From a virus (Duplodnaviria; Caudoviricetes): a DNA stretch of 64,000 bases. How positions within the stretch are numbered: position 1 is the stretch's first letter; every line of letters begins with the position of its first letter. This document shows, one piece after another, positions 8,410 through 17,166 of the stretch. The stretch is taken from IMG/VR virus record IMGVR_UViG_3300010885_044304, positions 2,161 through 66,160 of that record; one strand, 5' to 3'. The translations under genes were made by a program, and so were the position numbers. The notes under the pieces were generated by a model. The model did not search any database. It was not told the DNA's origin and saw nothing but the letters and a program-made list of their open reading frames with translations.

Positions 8410-8790
8410 TAAGTATCTCATCTAGAACTATGAGCCACACTTAGCCCGCACAGGGCTAAGAAAATGGTCGACCTCATCTGAGTCTACTTCACCACACTGG
8501 CGTTAGAGCATTACAGAGGCGGTTGTCCGGTACCTCGAGCTCCGTCTTATACAACGGCAGTTTGTACACACACGCAGTCGTATGCACAAGCGCAGGGTTT
8601 TTCTCCCTTCCTTTTTGCTTTGTTTTATCTTTTCAAACAATCAAACCACAGCATTTTGTGATCTTCGTCCTGTTAAGGATAGTGATTGAGTGCTTCTTGC
8701 AGCGAGAAGACTTCCATCCCTGGGACTTTCGTCCAGGTTTAGGGCACCCGATGTAGACTGGTGCTGGTCGTTACTGCCGTTAGTTGCCTG
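8410..8790 (-). ncRNA. Putative large structured non-coding RNA, family not recognised
   Basis: No credible ORF. About ten nested stems on the minus strand, including a GAAA tetraloop hairpin (8719-8737), a 10-bp stem with G-U pairs valid only on the minus strand (8562-8589), a three-way junction (8638-8688) and a candidate pseudoknot. Confidence 0.65.
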
Positions 8791-9219
8791 TTAGATTTTG
8801 TTTTTTATATGTGATCCGTGGATGCGGCACTGGATGTGACCATTATAGTAGTCATCTGATTCCAGCACTCGACGTGAAAATTGTTCACGTGCTTCTACGT
8901 ATGAGCATTCAGATCGTGATTTACAGTAGTATAATATTTCGCGTTTGAAATTGTGTGTGCCTTGCTGATTGATGTCTTCTGTGAGATTGGGAGAGCTGCC
9001 GTAGTATTGTTGCCAGTCTGAGTTGATTTTGCTTCTAATTTTTTTACGTTTTTTAGTGCCATTCTTTAATTTTACTACTTTATACGTGGTCTTTGCAAAC
9101 TTTGCAAGCTTTTTGCCCACATACATCTTGCCGGTTGTAACACAAGTAATCAAGTAGACAAACCCAACACAATCATCGGGAAGTTCAGTAATCTCTTGTC
9201 CACCATAATACCAAGTCAT
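8791..9219 (-). CDS. Stand-alone GIY-YIG (Seg-like) endonuclease with a Lys-rich insertion
   Basis: GFVYLIT...GKMYVGKK, YYGSS, FKREIL, E and YYN motifs. Likely start is ATG 9219 (MTWYY), 5 nt after TAACTA. Confidence 0.85.
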   Translation of the reverse strand: MTWYYGGQEITELPDDCVGFVYLITCVTTGKMYVGKKLAKFAKTTYKVVKLKNGTKKRKKIRSKINSDWQQYYGSSPNLTEDINQQGTHNFKREILYYCKSRSECSYVEAREQFSRRVLESDDYYNGHIQCRIHGSHIKNKI

Positions 9220-9224
9220 ATGCA

Positions 9225-9230
9225 TAGTTA
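9225..9230 (-). promoter_or_regulatory. Late promoter variant TAACTA, 5 nt before the ATG
   Basis: Minus strand reads CATAACTA-TGCAT-ATG(9219). Confidence 0.55.
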
Positions 9231-9257
9231 TGACAGTAGGCCAGCAATGGCATAAAA

Positions 9258-10286
9258 TTACCATTCGGTAACATGATGCATATCTGTTAATTTATCTCTT
9301 GTACATTTTGTAGTGCATTCTAAACTATCAAATTTTAAAAATTCAGTAGACCAATATGAATCACCTATAATATCTGTAAATGTACGATTATTAAGATTAA
9401 ATTGAGTAGATGCCAAATGATGCCATACTGAATTGTGTTCATACCTGTTGGCAGTCCAGCAACAAGGATAAAATTCTCCTTGACTACTTAAAAATACACC
9501 TTTGTTACCAATTAAACAGATACCTGCCTGCTGTGTATTCTTAACAAGATCTTCTGCTCTTTGAAAATAGATTTTCTTTAGTTCCTGCCCTGGCCGTATT
9601 TTAGTTGAAAGTTGATGTTGAGTACGTTCAAATCTATGACTACTAGATACTAATTCAGTTTTGGTAGGTTCTAATAAATCATTCTTGCCATATGCCACAG
9701 GATACTTGCTGCCAAATTTAGTGCTTTTGGTTAATTGATAAAGATCAAAACCCATGCTAGATGCTAACTGTTGCTGGTAGGCAATAAAATCTTGATTAAA
9801 CCTAAATGCAATAGCGGCCCAAACTCGATAGGTAGTATAATTGTTTAAAAAAAATGTTCGAATTCCTTGTTCAATGCTGTACCAATTAGAGTTAACTCTA
9901 TATTGTTCATTGCTAGATTGATCCCATCCGTCAATACTCCAGTTAATTTCGTCATTTTCGTCAAGTGTGAGAGCCAACTCCTTCCACCAAGCAGTAGGCT
10001 TATAACTTCCGTTAGTAATAATAACCAACTGGATCATGGGATTTGTTTGTTTAAGCCAACCGCATATTTCTACAAAGTCCTTGCAATATATAGGATCTCC
10101 GTCGTTACCGCAGAATGTTATTTTTTTAATTTGTTTAACTGTGCTTTCGCCAATTTGTTCTTGAAAAAATTTAAGAGTCAATTGTCGATTCAACAGACTC
10201 TCTGGCAATTCAGCCCTGGGACACCGCGGGCACTTCAGTGTACAAATACTCGATAGTTCTATATGCCAATGATCCCAAGCTATCAC
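9258..10286 (-). CDS. Radical SAM protein with C-terminal SPASM/Twitch-like Cys cluster
   Basis: CTLKCPRC, CGNDGDP, ITNG, SIDG, YPCCW and C-terminal CTTKC; GTG start overlapping the upstream TGA. Confidence 0.85.
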   Translation of the reverse strand: MIAWDHWHIELSSICTLKCPRCPRAELPESLLNRQLTLKFFQEQIGESTVKQIKKITFCGNDGDPIYCKDFVEICGWLKQTNPMIQLVIITNGSYKPTAWWKELALTLDENDEINWSIDGWDQSSNEQYRVNSNWYSIEQGIRTFFLNNYTTYRVWAAIAFRFNQDFIAYQQQLASSMGFDLYQLTKSTKFGSKYPVAYGKNDLLEPTKTELVSSSHRFERTQHQLSTKIRPGQELKKIYFQRAEDLVKNTQQAGICLIGNKGVFLSSQGEFYPCCWTANRYEHNSVWHHLASTQFNLNNRTFTDIIGDSYWSTEFLKFDSLECTTKCTRDKLTDMHHVTEW

Positions 10287-11143
10287 AGTTGAATCTCCCT
10301 TTGCCATTGTGCATTAAAATTTGTTTTTTCTTTGTTGGTAGAACAACTTTTTTTACAAATAAGATTTGGAGTTGCAGTAGTCCATGTGGCTTTTATTAAC
10401 TCGAAGTCAGTGACAAAATTACTTTGTCTATTGCCTAACCAACAGCAGGGACTGACCCGTCCTTGAGCATCTATATAGATACTTTGATCCGCCAAGGCGT
10501 GACAATGTATTGACCCATTATTTTCACTGGGACTATACCATCCCACGGGAAATTCTAATTGATTCGGGAAAGGACGTTTACTGACTTTGGCTCGAAACCA
10601 AGTAAATCCCATGCTACGTGCTAACTGTTCCGCTGCATCAACCTGATTTTGATTGTGCCCAAATACTAACATATCCCAGTGAGCTGGACCGCCTGCATCA
10701 ATAAACGCCTGAGCATTTTTCATTAGCTTAGACCAATTGCAATTAACACGATAAATGTGATTAGTGTCCTGAAGCCCATCAATACTGAATACAACATAAT
10801 CCTGCGGTTGATTCATTATGACAGCAAGATCTTGCCACCACTCAATTCTTTGCAACGCACCATTGGTATTCATCCCCAACACAATATCAGGATTGATACT
10901 TCTGACCCAGCGATAAATTTCTAACGTATGACGTCCAGCAGCTGGATCTCCGTAGTCTCCGCACATGAACATTTTGTCTAAATTTGCAATTTGTTCAATT
11001 GAGAAATGTTGCTGTATTTGATCAACAGTAAGATGATTTTTTTGTGTTTTGTCAAATTCCGTGTCGACCTCTCTTGCACAAGCAGGACAAGCCAACTGGC
11101 AAACATCAGTGGGTTCAACATGTAATACTTTTAATTCACGCAA
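10283..11143 (-). CDS. Radical SAM protein with C-terminal SPASM/Twitch-like Cys cluster
   Basis: CQLACPAC, CGDYGDP, NTNG, FSIDG, SPCCW, CKKSC; tandem paralogue of 9258-10286. Confidence 0.85.
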   Translation of the reverse strand: MRELKVLHVEPTDVCQLACPACAREVDTEFDKTQKNHLTVDQIQQHFSIEQIANLDKMFMCGDYGDPAAGRHTLEIYRWVRSINPDIVLGMNTNGALQRIEWWQDLAVIMNQPQDYVVFSIDGLQDTNHIYRVNCNWSKLMKNAQAFIDAGGPAHWDMLVFGHNQNQVDAAEQLARSMGFTWFRAKVSKRPFPNQLEFPVGWYSPSENNGSIHCHALADQSIYIDAQGRVSPCCWLGNRQSNFVTDFELIKATWTTATPNLICKKSCSTNKEKTNFNAQWQREIQL

Positions 11144-12898
11144 TGTCTACATCCGTATTGTAACTAGTAAAACCGTTTTCTTTGACCACACGCAGAATAT
11201 TTTCCACACGCCCGGCCAGTTCGTCTCTATGACTAACCAACCAGATACTCTTGTGTCTTTCTCTACTCATCTGTTTCAGCAGTGCTAGGCTGTTTTCTAC
11301 GCCTTGTGTGTCTAGTCCACTGTCGATCATTTCGTCAATGAATAACACATTAATGGGTTGATACAGGCTTTCGAACACATCGCGGAAGGCCCAACTCATA
11401 CTTAGTATAAGTCGGTTACGCTCGCCCCTTGACAAGTTATCGAAGTCTAATTCTCTACCCAATTCCTCAATGCTCACAGTAAGATCATTTTGAAATATCA
11501 CTGTATGCGGCAAGCCAATGCGATCCAAATAGTGTGTGAGACGAGCATTTAGATAGCTAAGATTCTGTTCAATGATCTTCTTGCGTATAAAACTGTCTTT
11601 GCTGGTCAGCAACTTGAGTAAGAAGTCTTGATGATCTTGTAGGCGAGTAAGCGAATTCATTGTATCGTAAGTAACTTCCTGGAGTGCTTGATTTTGCATT
11701 TCAGCAATTTGTTCGCCGTAAGGATCTGTTTCTACCGATCGTGTTGTAAGTTCTTTGCGTAGTGCTTCTAAACTGTTGCGATGATTGAGTGCATCTTCTA
11801 GCGTGTCGTAAAATACTTGTGGTTGCAGTCCGGTCTCACCAAGATCTTCTAACTCGTTTTCTAGTTCCATGATTGCAAGACCAGCTAGGTCAACTTCGAC
11901 ACAGGCTTTATCAAATTCATCTTGTTTAGCAGCAATAATGGCGTCGTGATTTTTGTCGTGCAGATCTTGTCCGCAAGCATGACATTTATGATCTACTAAC
12001 GCAGCTAGTTCAGCCGCAATCTTATCAGCATCCTTGCGTTCGCGAGATTCGTCAAGACGAGCTCTGGCCAATGACTTGGTTGCATCGGCAAGTTCTTTAA
12101 CCAGATTGTTATATTCTGTTAGCGCCTTGTGTGCAGCAATTTCTGCATCAATATCAATATGCTCAAGACTGGCAACAGCAGATTCAAGTTTTGCAACATC
12201 CTCTGCTTGCTTAGTGATCCACATTTTTTGTCGTTTACGCAGGCTTTCAATCTGTTCTTCGATACGCTTGTTGGCTTCTTGTACAGCACGAATACGAAAT
12301 TCTTCTTGTGTAATTGAATCTTTTGTTGAACGGTTGAGGTCTTTAATTTTTTCTGCACGTTCACTCAGCATAGTAATACCCAATAGCTGTTCAATAATAG
12401 TACGCTGATCGTTGGCTTTCAAACTAAGGAAAGGTTCGGTATAGGTGTTTAAGGCCAAGATATGCTTGAACATGTCGTGGCTGAGACCCAAAGTGCGTTC
12501 AATTGTGCTTTGTGTTTCTCTTGAATCGCCCTGAGAATCATCTGTGATCTCTTGTTCGAGATTGTTGACATAAAATTTAAGCACATTAGGTTTGCGACCC
12601 CGCTCGAGGCGATACTGTTGTCCAGCAACAGAGAAGTCCAAACTGACCAACATGTTCTTGCCGTTGGTCTTGTTACTAGATTATCTTTGCGTATGTTACT
12701 GAGTGCTGTGCCATACAAGGCATAACTGAGTGCATTAATGATTGTGGTCTTACCTGTACCGTTGCGTGATCCATCGCCACCTAGGTCCAGGTTTTCGCCC
12801 AGCACCAAAGTCAAATCGCGTCGATCAAAGTCAATGCCTTGGGTAGCATTACCCACACTCATAAAATTTCGTACTGTGAGATTTTTAATTTGTATCAT
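11136..12898 (-). CDS. gp46: Recombination endonuclease ATPase subunit (T4 gp46 / SbcC-Rad50 family), split by a 1-nt frameshift near 12673
   Basis: Walker A NGTGKTT in ORF 12449-12898; zinc hook CHAC, signature LSRGE and Walker B LFIDE in ORF 11136-12653. Adding one A restores ...KDNLVNKTNGKNMLV... Confidence 0.9.
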
Positions 12899-13608
12899 AG
12901 TCGTGCGGTAACCATTGGTAGTAAGAAATTTAACATAGATTGATGGTGCTCGGCGGTTGGATGACCAGAATAATTAAATAAGCTTCTGAGATTCCATGAA
13001 AAGTCATAAAAATCTTTGTGGTCAATTAATTTATAAACAGAGTTTATTGATTCTTCAATGTCTAAAATTTGTTGGTCATTGGTATTATCAAATGCATCTA
13101 ATAATCTATCTTTAATTTTAGCATCACTGCTTGAAATGTTTAGTAAATCTAAAATGTCATTATGGTCTGAATCATTGAACATCAAGTATGGAATAGACAA
13201 CGAGCTAAGAAATTTTTGCACCAGCACTATTTGATGTAAAAAATTCCACATGTCATGTAGATAATTACTCCAGTATTTAAATAACAAATGTTGAAACTGT
13301 TTCATTTCTTTAGCCGAATGAAAAACACTGTTGGAAGATGTTGCAGTAATGTCAACTAAAAAATTAGTTTCTCTGCGAACAAACATTTTTCTTGACAAGT
13401 TAACCCAGCCAATGACGACCAATTCTGGGCGGCTGTGGCTGCAATAGTTTATGAGATCAAAAACTATGTGTTGGTTAGACTTTCCTTTGATCGCAACATT
13501 GTTCACTGGCATTTTTAATTTTTCTTCCAACAAAAATGACCAGGCCTGTTTAGTTCGGTCTGACAACTCGTCACCGTAAGTATTACTACCCCCGTCAATA
13601 TAAATCAT
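12895..13608 (-). CDS. SGNH/GDSL-hydrolase-like protein
   Basis: IDGGSNTYG, W..LL, N.A..GKSN and C-terminal GHP; ATGA-coupled at both ends. Confidence 0.65.
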   Translation of the reverse strand: MIYIDGGSNTYGDELSDRTKQAWSFLLEEKLKMPVNNVAIKGKSNQHIVFDLINYCSHSRPELVVIGWVNLSRKMFVRRETNFLVDITATSSNSVFHSAKEMKQFQHLLFKYWSNYLHDMWNFLHQIVLVQKFLSSLSIPYLMFNDSDHNDILDLLNISSSDAKIKDRLLDAFDNTNDQQILDIEESINSVYKLIDHKDFYDFSWNLRSLFNYSGHPTAEHHQSMLNFLLPMVTARL

Positions 13609-14174
13609 ACGCAATTGATCCAGTTAGAAATATTCTGTGCTATAATTTGATTACCCACTTTGTCAAAATGGTTTACATTGCCACGATGTTTTTTAAATAT
13701 GTTGCTGGTATCAAGTGTTAAGTTTGGTAAATTAATACCAGCATGAAAAGTTGGAACTGTAGACATTATAGCTACAATTTTTTCATAAATCAACTGATGT
13801 ATAAATTCAGCATGTTCTAAATCAAAATATTTTTTAAAAAATTTCACTAACAATTGTTGATCTTCGAATGGCGATTGATTTTCTATATCATTATATATTA
13901 AATCACTAGCATAATGCAGTTGGGTATTTTTTAAGTACGGATGATCCTTGATGTATATACGATAAGGACTGGTGTGAAAAATTATCACTCTATCAAACGT
14001 TGACAGCTGAGCTTTTTGTATTTGTAAATAGATTTTATATTGGGAACATCCTGCTTGTGCAAGATTAGTTATATTGTGATTCTTGCTTAGAATCTGAGGC
14101 CACCCTGGATATTCTAAAACACCAGCTGCATTGTAATTGGCAGCAAAACTATCCCCACAAATTAAAATATTCAT
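13605..14174 (-). CDS. SGNH/GDSL-hydrolase-like protein
   Basis: ICGDSFA, WP..L, NLAQAGCS and C-terminal NHF...GN..IA. Confidence 0.65.
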   Translation of the reverse strand: MNILICGDSFAANYNAAGVLEYPGWPQILSKNHNITNLAQAGCSQYKIYLQIQKAQLSTFDRVIIFHTSPYRIYIKDHPYLKNTQLHYASDLIYNDIENQSPFEDQQLLVKFFKKYFDLEHAEFIHQLIYEKIVAIMSTVPTFHAGINLPNLTLDTSNIFKKHRGNVNHFDKVGNQIIAQNISNWINCV

Positions 14175-15187
14175 AGAGTCTGATATATTTGTAATAGAAG
14201 TTTTGGATCATAAAATTCGCTTTCGATGGCAGTAATCTGGTCAGTCACAATTTGGTCTACACTTTCAAATTTAATATCGCCTGGCGCCATGTCAGTCTCT
14301 ACTGAAGAATTTTTATTAGATATCAATGCCATTTCTCTAAGATTATATTGCTGTATAAAAGTGTCTTTGATATAGTTTGCTTCTTCGTAGCTGATTTCAA
14401 TATCCAATTGCACTCGCACATGCATGCGCGGTTGTAACAAATTGGCATGGTTATCGATGATCTGACTTAAATTTAATACACGATACAACGGCTGCCTTGG
14501 CCAAGCATGATATTCTGGATCACTGCCCCATTTAAGTATAGTAGCACCTCGTTGGTCGTCACCGGCGTCGGCAAAGTTATGTGGAAAACAGTTACCAATA
14601 TAGTTGATGTTGCGTTTTTGTTGGCGAAGATGAAAATGGCCGCTGAATACCTGCCCAAAATTTCCAAAGTTGTCTAATTTAAGTTCACCGTGGTCGGGCA
14701 TCTCTACCATGGCATTCATTTTAAAATGTGGAAGTTCAAAATGCCCAAACATATATTTGGCGCTCATCTTTTGAATGCGCTTGTAGTCATCTCCTACTAG
14801 CCAAGGAGCAATAACTACATCGTCTGTGTTTACAAAATCATTGCAAATTTGAATATTTGGTAAATGTCGAGCCCACTCTACGCTGTGAATATCTCTTTTG
14901 TCGCGATAATACAGGTCGTGGTTGCCAGGAATAAAGAAAAATTGATCGAACGCCTGACTTAGTCGTTCCAAGCTACGCAAACTAAAATTCATAGTTTGTA
15001 GGTTTAAACTAGCACGATGATGGTGCCAGTCTCCTAAAAAGAATCCAGTATCGCATCCTTCTTTTTTGGCCAGGTCGATAGCCCACGATACAAACTCTTC
15101 GCAGTCAGAATTATGAACCAAACTGTTTGATTTGAGTCCAAAATGTATGTCGGTAAACAGTATTGCTTTATTGAATAAATTAGCCAT
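14171..15187 (-). CDS. gp47: Recombination endonuclease nuclease subunit (T4 gp47 / SbcD-Mre11 family)
   Basis: Metallophosphoesterase motifs TDIHFG, LGDWHH, PGNHD, GHFE, SGHFH. Start placed at ATG 15187, after the promoter. Confidence 0.92.
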   Translation of the reverse strand: MANLFNKAILFTDIHFGLKSNSLVHNSDCEEFVSWAIDLAKKEGCDTGFFLGDWHHHRASLNLQTMNFSLRSLERLSQAFDQFFFIPGNHDLYYRDKRDIHSVEWARHLPNIQICNDFVNTDDVVIAPWLVGDDYKRIQKMSAKYMFGHFELPHFKMNAMVEMPDHGELKLDNFGNFGQVFSGHFHLRQQKRNINYIGNCFPHNFADAGDDQRGATILKWGSDPEYHAWPRQPLYRVLNLSQIIDNHANLLQPRMHVRVQLDIEISYEEANYIKDTFIQQYNLREMALISNKNSSVETDMAPGDIKFESVDQIVTDQITAIESEFYDPKLLLQIYQTL

Positions 15188-15194
15188 AGTAGAC

Positions 15195-15223
15195 ATTATA
15201 ATGAATTAATAAGTAGAAGTCAA
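15195..15223 (-). promoter_or_regulatory. Sigma70-type promoter TTGACT-N17-TATAAT
   Basis: Near-consensus hexamers with a 17-nt spacer; the gp47 ATG lies 7 nt after the -10 element. Confidence 0.8.
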
Positions 15224-15233
15224 CGTCTCTGAG

Positions 15234-16109
15234 TCAGCAGAATTTTTCCGTTAATGTCTGATAAAGTAGCTCGTGACTTTTTGGCCCAGGATGTAACCCA
15301 TCGGTGCCAATGTCAATTTGCCAGTCTGGCGCATAACAATATTCAGGATACCGTGTATATTGTTCCAAACAACGATGTATCATTGGAGTCAGACCGTCTA
15401 AACTGATCATGTAAAATTGACAATTACATGCTCGAAGATATTGCACGCCGTACTCGATCAAACTGATCTGATCAAACCAGAGCTGTTCATCTGTGGTGGA
15501 CAAGATTATTTCTCGGCTTAAATTTTTCAGCATAACTTCCTGCGGCCAAGTGTTTACTTGTTTTATGGTAAATCGTTCCAGTGTTGTTAATTGCCAAATT
15601 ACTATATCTCCGGGCAGTATATCTGCATGCAACAGTTGACGTAGACTCCACCGGGTGCTGCTGCCACCTTTTGCTACAGTGGTAACTGGCATGTTCAAAG
15701 AATTTCCCAATTTAGTTGAATATAAGTCATTGTTGCTGACACCAACACCCGCACTAAGGCTACAACCAAATATCCACAAAGTAGGACAGCTAGATCTACC
15801 AATAAATTGTTCTGAAAAGGTCATTGGCCCAGGCCGTGTATACCCTATAACAGTATGAGAATCGTAAATTGAATTTAAAAATATTTTTGTTTTTTCAAAC
15901 AGTTCTGCATTGTTGTCAAACCCGTCATTGACAAAAATAAATTTACAACCAACTTTGGCAATTTTCAACAAGTTACTGGCAGAGATATCCGCAAGGCTTG
16001 TATGGAAAACTCTGGAATTTCCAAGATATTGTTCAAAATTATCATTGGTTAATAAAATAGAATCTTTAGCAGCCAAATAGTGAGGACTACTTAGGATAAC
16101 TTCTATCAT
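15234..16109 (-). CDS. SGNH/GDSL-hydrolase-like protein
   Basis: IFGCSLSAGVG, VAKGGSS and C-terminal DGLHPGPKSH. Confidence 0.7.
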   Translation of the reverse strand: MIEVILSSPHYLAAKDSILLTNDNFEQYLGNSRVFHTSLADISASNLLKIAKVGCKFIFVNDGFDNNAELFEKTKIFLNSIYDSHTVIGYTRPGPMTFSEQFIGRSSCPTLWIFGCSLSAGVGVSNNDLYSTKLGNSLNMPVTTVAKGGSSTRWSLRQLLHADILPGDIVIWQLTTLERFTIKQVNTWPQEVMLKNLSREIILSTTDEQLWFDQISLIEYGVQYLRACNCQFYMISLDGLTPMIHRCLEQYTRYPEYCYAPDWQIDIGTDGLHPGPKSHELLYQTLTEKFC

Positions 16110-17050
16110 TCTTCTTCTGACACATTATATGTGTTGGGATCAATGACAGTTACAGGACCAGGCTGCTGATGTGCTCGACCAGAATTCTGTCGAGTCCACG
16201 AAGGATTGAGTCCGTTCATTTCTAAGATATCATCACGAATGTTCTGCATTTTCTTTTCGATGTTTAGAATACGAGTAAAGCTGTTGGTGATGGCAGCAGT
16301 GTAGTAAGCAAATGGGTTTTGACTTTTGGATTCATCAAACTGCAGACCAATCTGGCTCAGTTGTAGCAAGGCCTGTCCACGCATTTCCTCATTGTAGGTG
16401 TAGCCCCGCCAGTTTGAGCGTGTGGCATAGCGTTCACACAGTTTCAAAAACATGCGAGCCAGTTCGGCGGTCATGTCACCGTGGTCACGGCAGTACTCAC
16501 CTGTGACAAGATCTCCTCGCCAGTGACTCTTGCCCACCAGGTACGGTTCTTTTTCTTCTGTGATTCTGTAGTGATAAAAGGGAGGAAAGTTCACACGCAC
16601 ATGAGTGGGATCCAGCACTATCTCATCCACCAGGTCTGCCAGGGGATCTTCTACCAGCTCGTCTAATTCTAAAATTTCCTGCAGTTTTTTCTTTTTTGTT
16701 GTGGCCTTGGGTACTTTTTTGGGAGCCCAAGGTATGTGTTCCCAACAGGTAATCCTAAACACCAGATCTGTGTTGGCAATTTTCTTTTCGTTGTGAACCA
16801 CACCAGTTTCTCGCTTGAGACGATCTGCACGATTGCGCCTGGCTTCTGCTACAGTGCGTTGATTGATTTTATCCAACGACGGCAGAATAATATCATACTG
16901 ATGATCAGTTTTGGGATCTAGATATGTGCAGTATGTGTTCTTGCTTAGATGAATTTGTTTTAGTAAATCTCTGTTGTTGAGATAGTTTACTCGGGGTGGT
17001 GCCTTGGGCGGCAATGCCTTTACTGGTTTAGTTATAGGGGTATCGGACAA
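16106..17050 (-). CDS. gp55: Late-transcription sigma factor, T4 gp55 family
   Basis: NYLNN..LL, NWRGYTY.EEM, FDESKSQNPFAYYT....NSF.R....EKK; TTG start with AAGGAG SD. Confidence 0.9.
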   Translation of the reverse strand: MSDTPITKPVKALPPKAPPRVNYLNNRDLLKQIHLSKNTYCTYLDPKTDHQYDIILPSLDKINQRTVAEARRNRADRLKRETGVVHNEKKIANTDLVFRITCWEHIPWAPKKVPKATTKKKKLQEILELDELVEDPLADLVDEIVLDPTHVRVNFPPFYHYRITEEKEPYLVGKSHWRGDLVTGEYCRDHGDMTAELARMFLKLCERYATRSNWRGYTYNEEMRGQALLQLSQIGLQFDESKSQNPFAYYTAAITNSFTRILNIEKKMQNIRDDILEMNGLNPSWTRQNSGRAHQQPGPVTVIDPNTYNVSEEE

Positions 17051-17069
17051 CCTGGTTCTCCTTGTCGAT

Positions 17070-17103
17070 TACTTAGTATAACAGGTTTGTCGTAAAAAAA
17101 CAA
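17070..17103 (-). promoter_or_regulatory. Sigma70-like promoter (TTGTTT-N17-TATACT) overlapped by a late TAAGTA, upstream of gp55
   Basis: -35 at 17098-17103, -10 at 17075-17080, TAAGTA at 17070-17075. Confidence 0.55.
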
Positions 17104-17115
17104 CTCTTTTTTTAT

Positions 17116-17145
17116 AAAGTTAGCCGTTTTTATCTTCAATAAATA
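17116..17145 (+). promoter_or_regulatory. Late promoter TAAATA with upstream AAAGTTAGCCGTT element
   Basis: TAAATA at 17140-17145 heads the baseplate operon; AGGA SD follows. Confidence 0.65.
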
Positions 17146-17166
17146 CTATATAGGATAACGACAATA

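Noticed and set aside
8187-8756. ORFs 8187-8399 and 8523-8756 on the plus strand
   Set aside because: No SD or ATG context, atypical composition, and the region is better explained by RNA or DNA structure.
8410-8790. Hammerhead ribozyme, group I/II intron, RNase P or tmRNA identity for the structured region
   Set aside because: AGAUGAG resembles the hammerhead CUGAUGA but lacks the matching GAAA core. No group I P7, group II domain V, RNase P GAGGAAAGUCC or tRNA-like CCA end was found, and the flanking genes are not interrupted.
8791-9219. GIY-YIG gene as a classical intron-encoded homing endonuclease
   Set aside because: It is free-standing with its own late promoter, lacks a C-terminal DNA-binding extension, and does not interrupt a gene.
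11136-12898. gp46 as two genuine genes, or split by an intron or intein
   Set aside because: The halves join seamlessly with a single added base and there is no intervening sequence.
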